Shown here: positions 53,169 through 64,000 of the stretch, in pieces | Numbering within the stretch: position 1 is the first letter of the stretch | Layout of the letters: each line of letters starts with the position of its first letter | Source: Octopus vulgaris | Taxonomy: Eukaryota | Length of the DNA stretch: 64,000 nt | Reading direction: 5' to 3' | Assembly (NCBI GenBank): GCA_951406725.2 | Contig: OX597814.1 | Location: 98,580,001-98,644,000, forward strand | Program-made: the position numbers and the translations under genes | The notes under the pieces: model-generated | Seen by the model: only the letters and a program-made list of their open reading frames with translations | The model's database searches: none | What the model was told of the DNA's origin: nothing

Positions 53169-54778
53169 TGGCGGCCAAAATGTTCAGAACGGCATTGTTT
53201 TCGTTAGAAAAGTAAGTATAAGTTTTTATCAAAGTAGTTTTATATTCTATAATTTTCACAGACAATAAATACAATATTAGTTGTTATTGTCTGTGATTTC
53301 GGTGTAATTTGAGAGGATAATATAAAAGTTATAGATGATTTAGTGATTTACTGCAAAACCCATGGCGGCCAAAATGATCAGAACGGTTGAAAAATAACAA
53401 AATAATCAAAAATGACAGAGAATACTGGAATTATTTAATATTTAGTGTGAAGCCCTTTAGCTTCAATCACACTCTGACATCTTCGACTGCATGAGGAAAT
53501 TAAATTTTCAATTTCTTGCTGGGTGATCTTATTCCATTCTTCCTGAAGGGCATTCCATAATTGCTCAGTTGTTTTAGGATTTCTGGCTTTCAAACGTTCT
53601 CCTAGAATATTCCATACATTTTCAATAGGATTGAGATCTGGGCTTTGAGCAGGCCAATCCATAACAATAACCTTTTCAGCCTTGAGGAAGTTCATGACCA
53701 CCTTAGCCTTGTGACATGGGGCATTGTCCTGCATGAATATGGGTGGTCGCTTAGTTGAATTTCTCAGCACAGGCAAGACATGATCTTTTGCAAATTGTTT
53801 ATAAACTCCTGCATTTACCTTTTCATGTAATCGCACCAAAGGGCCCACACCATCTCCAGATATCATCTCCCAAACTATGACGCTTCCTCCACCGAATTTA
53901 ACAGTAGTCTTAAGGCATTTAGGCAACAATTTGTCACCTACTTTTCTACGAACGTACCTTTTCCCATCTGAGCCAAATAACATAAACTTAGATTCATCAC
54001 TGAAATGCACCGTTTGCCATTTTTCTTGAGACCACAACACATGTTCTGTTGCAAAGGTAAGACGACACTTTTTATTCCTGGAGCTGATCAGTGGCTTCAC
54101 TGCAGGTGCTCTTGCTTGTAGGTCATGTTCAACTAAACGATGAGACACAGTTTTTCGAGATAAAGTTTTCCTCAATACAATGCTCATTTTCCGAGAAACA
54201 GCAGCAGCAGTTTTAAATCTGTCCTTTTTAACCAACTTTACCATAGCACGATCTTCTCTCTTGGTCGTTTTTCTTGGCCTACCTGTAAACTTTCCACAAT
54301 CATCGTAGACCTTAAGGATACCGTGTACAACACTTTTTGACTTGTTAACAATCTTTGCAATAGATCCAATACTTAAATTATCCTTCCTTCGAAGCTTAAT
54401 AATCTGCTGACGAATTGGTAACGGAGTAAGTGGCATTATATTAAGAAAGTACACTGCAAATATTTTTACTAATGTTTAGTAAACGAACCGTCACGTAAAC
54501 AAATTCAAAACATTAGAGTTCGCCGGTTAAATATACTAAAACACGGAGTAAAAGCAACCGTTCTGATAATTTTGGCCGCCATGGGTTTTGCAGTAAATCA
54601 CTAAATCATCCATAACTTTTGTATTATCCTCTCAAATTACACCAAAGTCTCAGGCAATAACAAATAATATCGTATTTATTGTCTGTGAAAATTATAGAAT
54701 ACAAAACAACTTTGATAAAAAATTATATCTACTTTACTGACGAAAACAATGCTGTTCTGAACATTTTGGCCGCCACTG
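53166..54778 (-). mobile_element. Full-length Tc1-family transposon with about 225-bp IR/DR ends, in (TA)n
   Basis: TA-cagtggcggccaaaatgttcagaac ... gttctgaacattttggccgccactg-TA; inner repeats at about 53363-53389 and 54555-54582. Confidence 0.93.
53435..54436 (-). CDS. Tc1 DD34E transposase, uninterrupted ORF
   Basis: GRPRKTT, FSDESKF, QDNAPCH, WPAQSPDLNPIENVW; 34 residues between the second D and E; likely start MPLTP. Confidence 0.9.
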   Translation of the reverse strand: MPLTPLPIRQQIIKLRRKDNLSIGSIAKIVNKSKSVVHGILKVYDDCGKFTGRPRKTTKREDRAMVKLVKKDRFKTAAAVSRKMSIVLRKTLSRKTVSHRLVEHDLQARAPAVKPLISSRNKKCRLTFATEHVLWSQEKWQTVHFSDESKFMLFGSDGKRYVRRKVGDKLLPKCLKTTVKFGGGSVIVWEMISGDGVGPLVRLHEKVNAGVYKQFAKDHVLPVLRNSTKRPPIFMQDNAPCHKAKVVMNFLKAEKVIVMDWPAQSPDLNPIENVWNILGERLKARNPKTTEQLWNALQEEWNKITQQEIENLISSCSRRCQSVIEAKGLHTKY

Positions 54779-54895
<117 letters not shown>

Positions 54896-55548
54896 ATAGT
54901 AAATTGTCGCCATTTTATGATTTTAATTACACGCATGCGCATTGATTGTTTTTGATTTTGTTGACTACACAGTGTAGTAGGGTTAATTGGTTACAATCTG
55001 TGAGAAGAGCACCATGATGCAATTCCCTCTGCCAAAATCTCCTTGTAACACCAAAGATGAACTGAAGACAAGGATTATGGCACATTCACCAGCTGAAACA
55101 AGGAGACCGTCCAGAAAAGTTGCAGGAGATTCCGAAGTCATCTGGAGGTCTTCTGCTCGTAATCATCTCTACGCAACCTGAATACTTCGCACTAGAAACG
55201 TGCTATTTTATGAATAATAATCAACCAGAAAACATTTTCTTGATTGGGACATGATATCCCAATCTCGTTCAACGGCCTTGAGACTCACTTCAAATATCAA
55301 GGGAACGGTCTTATACATCACATTCTTTAGCAATGGGCATTATGTTGGTGTATTCGTTTTATGAGTGCTATGCGTGTATGTGTGAATATGTATATATGTA
55401 TATGTCAGCGCGAGCGCGTTTTTGTAGGTGGATAAATATGTGCAAGTCACCAGTCTATGTATATACAAGTTTCATTTAAATGAATTTATTTTATTTATGT
55501 CCTATGTCTTGTCCATTTATCTATTTTTTATTGTTTGTTATATATATG

Positions 55549-55660
<112 letters not shown>

Positions 55661-55680
55661 CATATATGTATATATTTATA

Positions 55681-55717
<37 letters not shown>

Positions 55718-55931
55718 TAAAATCTTAGGGTAGCAAGAAATTTATCGAAAAAATTCTTACCTACCAGAGGTCTAGCGAGAAGGAAAAAGTTTAGTCAATA
55801 GACTATACATTATTCAGATAAGAATACAGTGTACATTCAAACACATAAGAGATACCCAAAAAGAATAGGATATCTGACTCACTAGAAAGAGCAGTTAAAC
55901 TCCAAGCCACTAATTGTTGTAATTCCGAAAG

Positions 55932-56270
55932 TGATTGAAAAATAAAAACTTTTACCTTATTTTCCTAGACCATGCATGGTTTCTGTAGACTTAAATACAG
56001 ACTGAAATAAAATAATTTCAATCTATATCTGGCGCTGCTTCTTCAGTAGGTTGCCAGGACTGAACACATAGACAGGGAGCGATAAATAACCCGCCACGTG
56101 TCTATACGCTCTAATTTTTCGAATCCACCGCGCAAATGCGGAACTCATCGGCAGTAAATAAATAAATTGCCGATTTTCTTCCAAAATTAGCCAAAAACAA
56201 GCTGTATTTAAGTCTGCAGAAACCATGCATGGTCTAGGATAATAAGATAAAAGTTTTTATTTTCCAATCA
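55932..56270. repeat. About 69-bp inverted repeats enclosing about 200 bp
   Basis: tgattgaaaaataaaaactttt...cctagaccatgcatggtttctgtagacttaaatacag and its reverse complement at about 56202-56270. Confidence 0.7.
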
Positions 56271-56830
56271 GTGAACATCATGGTGTTTGGATTGATCACT
56301 AGTGACGGTGACGTTATGCCTCCATTCATCATCCCACACAGCCTCAGACTCAACACGGAGGCCTACATCTAGTTCCTGGAGGAAGTAGTGTTGCCCTGGG
56401 TCGAGAGGGCGGCTGCTGGAAGACCCTATGTCTGACAACAGGACTCTGCACCATGCCACACAAGCAGGAGAACCCAGTCATAGCTGTCAGGCAAATTCTG
56501 CGACTACATCACCCCAAACATCTGACCACCTAATTCCTAATCCTGCAAACCCCTTGATTATTATGTGTGGGGTGCAGTTGAGCGAGAGACCAACAAAACT
56601 TCTTGTAGCACCAAAGATGAACTGAAGGCAAGGATAATGGTAGCATTCGCCAACTTAAACTAGAAAACGGTCCAGAAGAGTTGCAGGAGATGCCGAAGTT
56701 TTTTGGAGGCCGTGGCTGGAACCAATGGCGATTTTATTGAATAAATTTACTCTTTACTATTTCAAGATATTTTTTATGTAATTTAGCTTATTTTTTATGT
56801 AATTTAGCTAAATATACCTGTTAAAATGAG
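56268..56830 (+). mobile_element. maT/DD37D-like transposase remnant; a second fragment at about 55030-55150
   Basis: IMVFGLITSDGDVMPPFI..QQDSAPCH..PLDYYVWGAVERE with stops. Confidence 0.75.
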
Positions 56831-57708
56831 ATAACAATGCTATTTTTATTTTTGCGTACTCTTTCACCACAACTTTCTCTCACTCTTTCTTCCAGTGTCT
56901 GTTGTATCTATTTTTCAAAGGGCCAGCCTTGTCACACTCGGTGTCACGCCGAATCTCCCCGAGAACTACGGTAAGGGCACACGTGTCTGGAGTGCTCAGC
57001 CACTTGCACGTTAATTTCATGAGCGGGCTGTTCCATTGATCGGATCAATTGAAACCCTCGTCCTCGTAACCGACGGAGTGCCCTCCTGTCAAATCTTGTT
57101 TCTCCAGCGTTCACCACTTCATTTCGTTATGGCTTAACAACCCTTACCGTTTGTTTTCACTGTCCTGTTTTTGTTACCAGCTTTGACCCTTCGCAAATCC
57201 CAAATTATATTTAATTTGCTTTGCAGGAGCAACTGTTTTGACGAAGACGCATCTTGTCCTAATGCTCAAAATGCGGAGTAGATAAAACAGTGGACAACTG
57301 ATAAAGGGATTGTTCTTTATGTTGCCTGTCTTGTTTTTTTATTTGTTTCTTTCGTTATTCGCAAAAAAAAGTTCGTTTCCAATGTTTTTGTATTTCATGT
57401 TCTCGTTTTCCATGTTGTTTACGTTTTTCGATGTCCTGTACCCATATATGCATGTGTATATAGATATATAATAAACCTTTACATAAATAAATAACGTGAA
57501 ATACACGAAGGGACGAACAAAAAGACAAACGGGTCATTCAAAGCCTTCATTCTTCAGTCAGAAACTGATCCCTCATCGCAGATTTCGGCTGTTTAATTCT
57601 GAGATCCGCTCTGGAAAGTATGTACATGTATGTATATATGCATATATATTATTTAAATTATTATTATTATTATTATTATCATTATTATTGTTATTATTAT
57701 TATTATTA

Positions 57709-57847
<139 letters not shown>

Positions 57848-57854
57848 TACCTCT

Positions 57855-57905
<51 letters not shown>

Positions 57906-58621
57906 TGTCAATGGCTAACTTTATCACCACACCTACCTCATCACCACCCTTCTTTCCCTGGAAATGACCTCTTACGGTTCAGCCTAATTTCTTACAAGTC
58001 ATTTTCTTTTCCTACACATTCACTCACACACACACATACATACGTACATACGTCCATCTATCCATCCATATATCCATCCATCCATCCATTCATCCATCTA
58101 TCCATCCATCCATACATCCATACATCCATACATCATTGCATGCATACATGCATGCATGCATGCATACATACATACATACATACATACATACATACATACA
58201 TACATACATACATACATACATACATACATCCTCATACGGACTTGGTGTTAATCAAACTCTTGTTCAATTACGTTTATTTCTTAAACACGGGCAACACTTT
58301 TTCAAGCGCACTTTTTAAAGCGTTCCTGAGCGAGGAAAGTGATTGAAATGAACGAAATGTTCATATTTCATATAGGACAATTAGACTCAGTATTTGCGGG
58401 AACGACCAGGGTTTTACATCCAACTACCCTTCACCTTTTATGCAGTGATTTGAGCTAACGATCCTTCACCCACTGAGTAACTTTAGACAGCATTCGTTTA
58501 TCATCATAAATACCATATCCTCGTTGACACTATAGTACATGAACAACGACTTCGTTGTTATTGACCCTACTCTCGGTCATTGTCCTTTTTATAGATTATA
58601 TCTTTGTCTACCTCACTCGGT

Positions 58622-58961
<340 letters not shown>

Positions 58962-59317
58962 TATGTATGTATGTATGTATGTATGTATGTATGTATGTAT
59001 GTATGTATGTATGTATGTGTGTATGTATGTATGTATGTATGTACGTACGCACGCATATTTGTGAGGTCATTCTGAGTGTTCCTCGAAAAATGCCATTCAG
59101 TACAAACTGTTAAATAGTCGGGTTGTTGACCATGACGGCTAATATGATACACCGATCAGATAAACCGAGTGTGGAAGACAAAGATATAATCTATAAAAAG
59201 GACAATGACCGAGAGTAGGGTCAATAACAACGAAGTCGTTGTTCATGTACTATAGTGTCAACGAGGATATGGTATTGATGATAAACGAATGCTGTCTAAA
59301 GTTATATATATACATAT

Positions 59318-59482
59318 ACGACAGGCTTCTTTCAGTTTCCGTTTACAAAATCCACTCGCAAGGCTTTGGTCGGCCTGAGGCTATAGTAGAAGTCACTTGC
59401 CCAAGGTACCACGCAGTGGGACTGAACCCTGAACCATGTGGTTCGTAAGTAAGCTACTTACCACACAGCCACTCCTACGCCT
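59318..59482 (-). mobile_element. SINE family B head
   Basis: Minus strand aggcgtaggagtggctgtgtggtaagtagc...gggttcagtcccactgcgtgg...aagaagcctgtcgt. Confidence 0.8.
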
Positions 59483-60084
59483 ACATACATACATACATAC
59501 ATACATACATACATACATACATACATACATACATACATACATACATACATACATACATACATACATACATACATACATACATACATACTACTTTCGACTG
59601 CGACGATATACAATGCCTTCCGCAGGAAAGACTGCACTGAGAATACATAAATACATATCAAAACAAGGAATATTTGTTTGCACTCCTAGCATGTGCAAAT
59701 ATGACCGACCTTACATTGTTATTTAGGGCACAAAGGAAAGTCGGGTTAAATGCATCCAAAGTCAACGAGAAGGGAAGCTGTCATCGGACAGCTGCTGCGA
59801 AACCGGCAAGTCTTCTGATTATAATTTTCATTTATATCAATAATTATAGGTGCACTTATTACCATTTAATGAACTGAAGATTATTTTCCAAATGTAGCAG
59901 TGTTGTGATTCACCAAACATTCGTAAAGAGTAAATTTCCTATGTAAGTGGAAGAATAAGATTATGGAAGACATTCTTAAAGTTTTACATGTATGAGTAAT
60001 CGCTGTTGTTAAACACATTCCAACAGTGGATTTTTTTTATTTATCTGTTAAAAAAAACACCTACTGCCCTCTTCCATAATCTTA

Positions 60085-60166
60085 CTCAAGGACAGCGCGT
60101 CGTCGGGAATCGAACTCACGACCTTACGATCGTGAGCAAATGCCCCTAACCACTAAGCTACGCGCC
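60085..60166 (-). mobile_element. tRNA-derived SINE head (third family), not a functional tRNA
   Basis: ggcgcgtagcttagtggttag...gagttcgattccc A/B boxes, running into gtccttgagtaag. Confidence 0.6.
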
Positions 60167-60371
60167 TTGACAAGTAAAGTCTAGCTCACTTTATAAATCA
60201 TTATTTCCACTATATGCACAATATCCTCTCTCTTTCTTCCTCCCTTCTCTCTCCCTCTCTCTCTCTCTCGCTTTCCCTTTTCCCCTTGTCTCTGCCTCTC
60301 ACTCTCTCAATGTACTACTTTTTGTGGAAGTCCACTTCGATTGCAGAAGTTGAAATAAACATTGCTATCTA

Positions 60372-61661
60372 CGAGGGGCGTTCAATAAGTAATGCCCCTG
60401 ACCCACTTCCCATAGCAGTAGAGCAACGAAACTTGGCACAGTTATTAGTCTTTTCTACATAGGAACCACCAAGAGTTACGCATTTCTCACATCGTTTGAT
60501 GCAGCTCTGAAAACCGTTTTTGTAGAAGACCCTATCTTGGTCCTCCAACCACGACGTGACTTCAGAAATCAAGGCTGCATCATCTGGGAAACGCTTTCCT
60601 TTCAAAAACAACTTCATGACTGGGAAGAGGTGAAAATCAGAGGGTGCAAGGTCAGGAGAGTAGGGGGGATGGGGGATGAGTTCATAGCCGCACGACTGTG
60701 CTTCTGATCTGGCGACACGCGAGTTGTGAACCGGACCGTTGTCCTGCAAGTGGAGGATGCCTTTGCTGATCTTGCCTCGCCTCTTGATTTGATAGCTTCT
60801 CTTAATTTCCTCAAAAATGAAGCATAATAGGCTCCTGTAATTGTGGCACCCTTTGCCAGGAAATCTGTCATCAGTACTCCGTCCTGGTCCCAGAAGACTG
60901 TGAGCATGACCTTGCCAGCAGAGGGCTGCACCCTTGCCTTCTTTGGAGGAGGTGAGTCACGGTGTGTCCACTGCATTGACTGGGCTTTGGTCTCTGGATC
61001 ATAGTGATGGACCCAGGTTTCATCCTGTGTTATCAGTCTTTTGAAAAATTTTGACTCATCTTCTTGGCACATCTCCAAATTCATCCTCGAGCAATCGACA
61101 CGTTCTTGCTTCTGGAAAGATGTGAGCAACATGGGAATCCATCTGGCAGACACCTTTTGCATATGCAAATGGTCATGAATGATAGTTTCCACAGACCCTG
61201 TACTAATCTTGACCTCATGGGCTATTTGGCGAATATTTATGCGTCGATCTTCCAAAATGGCAGCCTCAACATGACGGACAGATGCCTCATCAATGGCAGA
61301 AGGGGGCGACCAGATCTGGGAGCTGTTTCCACAGAGTTCCGACCATGTTTGAATTCACGATGCCAGCGTTTTACAAGGTTATATGATGGGGCATCATCAC
61401 CATAAGTTACTTTCATTTCATCAAAAGTCTCCCGTGGTGTGCGTTCTTTCAAATACAAAAACCGGATCACTGCTCGACACTCAACAGGCTCCATTTCACA
61501 CTTGACTCAGTTCAAACACCTGTAAATCAGAAACCACAATTAGTTCAGAGCTGTAATTTGCCACTTAATCTATAAAGATATAAATAATTGTACATGCAAA
61601 ATTTCAGCCAAATCAAATAACTGCAAGTGGGTCAGGAGCATTACTTATTGAACGCCCCTCG
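60372..61661 (-). mobile_element. Full-length mariner (DD34D), 1290 bp, transposase broken by two frameshifts
   Basis: TA-cgaggggcgttcaataagtaatgc TIRs-TA; ORF pieces 61494-61237, 61255-60614, 60749-60369 with TQDETW, QDNGPVH, PPYSPDLAPSDFHLF. Confidence 0.93.
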
Positions 61662-62411
61662 TATGACAGCTATTTTTCAGATAACGAAAGATGTATGCTG
61701 TCGACGCTGCTTAGGTGTAAAATAGTTTTTGTGGATTGAGTAATAGTAATTCCTTTAAGCGTATCATGTAAGCCAATGGAACGATGTTCTCAAAATCTTT
61801 TTTTATTATTTATCTTTAGCTCTGATTTAAATGGATAAACCAACTGAGGTGAATTGAATAATTACATCCACCGTCGATAATTCACAGGTTCCTTCGTATT
61901 GCAGATGTTGCTGCTGTCATGACCAGTATCGGTTGTGTGCTTTTTAAACATGAATATAGAAATAGTGTTCAGACATCTGTTTATAATGCCTGCATATTTC
62001 TCAGTGACCACATTATGAAATACATATGTCGGTACATGCGTAACATGCGTAATATGTACACACACACATACACACAATGTTTGATTTACGCATGTATCTC
62101 GCATTTATTTATATGTATTCGTGAAAGCAACATCATTTACCAGACAAACAAGAATCAAATGATATTTACAAACAATGCTTAGCTTTGTTACAACCGTGCT
62201 GATAGCTTATGCTTTGCGCGACAGATTGATTCATTATAGAATATTAAGGATTATTTACTTAACCCAAAACTGGTTTGCCGAATAAAGCTATACACACACA
62301 CACACACAATAACACACACACCTACACCTACACGCATTCACAGATATACAGACATACGTAAGTATAAGCATGTAATGCATTTGTAAATATAAATACATAT
62401 AGATCTCTCTT

Positions 62412-62452
<41 letters not shown>

Positions 62453-62717
62453 TCTCTTATTCTACTCTAAACCAATTTAGCCACCTGCATAGTCTTTTCA
62501 ATTGATTGAACTATTTTCCTTGAATTTTAATCTATATTTTCAATCATTCTTTGGGTTTTGTACATGATGTGTCACCACATTATTCTAAGCCACTTGGGGT
62601 AAATTTACGTGACTGATCTTGTAAAAATTCAAGTAAAAATTACACAGGACCTTCACAATAAGAAAGCGACATTCAATAAAGCAATCCTTGACTTCCTATT
62701 TTACTCTTTTTTTTTTC

Positions 62718-63107
62718 ACTCTTTTACTTGTTTCAGTCATTTGACTGCGGCTATGCTGGAGAACCGTCTTTAGTCGAGCAAATCGACCCCAGGACTTATT
62801 CTTTGAAAGCCTAGTACTTATTCTATCGGTCTCTTTTTCCGAACCGCTAGGTTACGGGGACATAAACACACCAGCATCGGTTGTCAAGCAGATGTTGGGG
62901 GGACAAACACAGACACACAAACACACATATATATATACATATATACGACGGGCTTCTTTCAGTTTCCGTCTGCCAAATCCACTCACAAGGCTCTGGTCGG
63001 CCCGAGGCTATAGTAGAAGACACTTGCCCAACGTGCCACGCAGTGGGACTGAACCCAGAACCATGTGGTTCGTAAGCAAGCTACTTACCACATAGCCACT
63101 CCTACGC
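62718..63107 (-). mobile_element. SINE family B, complete copy
   Basis: Collinear head-microsatellite-tail on the minus strand. Confidence 0.85.
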
Positions 63108-64000
63108 CCTTTAAAAATTATTGATGGTCACAGCTGAAACGCCTTTGTCAAAAGCCAACTCGATCAGATATTAACATGGAGCTAAAAAAAAGCAACAATT
63201 TAATCTGACGAGAGAGCCAATGATAGACCTATATGAAGTTGTTCAACTTTAGAAATAACAGCAAAATCCTTCTTAAATTTCATCCCATCATCTTAAGAAA
63301 TTTGGATTATGTATTCCTGGATGCGTTGTCTCTGAATAAAAGAAGGGATGGAGCACTTTTGGCCATAAATCTATTGAATCAGAACAGACATAGAGTGATG
63401 CAACAAAAACTATGACGACGGCGACAATAACATCAACAGAAACAGAAGCCAAAAACAACCTAAACTGATATATAATGTCCTTGCTACTACAAATCCTAAA
63501 ATCAGATTTGTAAATCACCCTGGCCCACTAAGAAACAATCCATTTTTTGGTGTGTGCTATTAGCCTACTAAATCAACACTGCTTCTGAGATGTTAAAACT
63601 TATCGTTAAAAGATCTAGGGCTAAATGCTCGATTGAATAAATAGTTCACGCAGCACGTGGAGAATATATCAGGAAGTTGGCCCGATCAAAAGTTATTCAC
63701 TGAATTAAAAATCGCCTCTTTGATCATGAAGTCCCCCTCAAAATGATCAAATACTCGAAATTTTTCACTTAATTGAAGAAATAGAGATCATATAACTTTT
63801 TGTGTACGTCTGTCACCAGCGACCTGATTTATGTAAATTTTTGTCCTAGCTCCATTTGAGTTATGTCTCTTAGCTCATTCCTTTTCGTAAAATTAGAGGT
63901 AGTCTGTGTAGTGAGGAGTGTATTATTTTGATTGATCTCTCTGAACTATTATTAACTCCTGTTACACGGCAGAAAATGGTATGAATCAGTCTAGTAAGAT

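Noticed and set aside
60085-60166. tRNA gene
   Set aside because: Acceptor stem is poor and the sequence continues into a SINE body

Overview
Eukaryotic, AT-rich, repeat-dominated animal DNA. The tRNA-derived SINE families and very high microsatellite density suggest a coleoid cephalopod such as Octopus (inference). Most short ORFs in the supplied track are microsatellite artefacts. Real content: a near-full-length CR1-group LINE (ORF1 with PHD and CCCH fingers, ORF2 APE-RT), a 5'-truncated HERO-type RLE retrotransposon, five Dong/R4-type 3' fragments inside (AAT)n arrays, a Tx1/L1 3' fragment inside (TATC)n, Penelope-like remnants with hammerhead motifs, full-length Tc1 (DD34E, IR/DR ends) and mariner (DD34D) copies, maT, Tigger and piggyBac-like remnants, many SINEs, and a few candidate minus-strand host exons. 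Most notable: (1) a complete hammerhead catalytic core in non-circularly permuted strand order in the HERO 3' UTR, with a second similar motif in an unrelated element; (2) a 2.35-kb foldback made of two 3' halves of a Merlin transposon; (3) an AUG-less LINE ORF2 whose frame opens just before a U_UUU_UUA -1 slippery site; (4) a SINE sharing its 3' tail with the Tx1 LINE and repeatedly joined to one fixed site inside a sister SINE.
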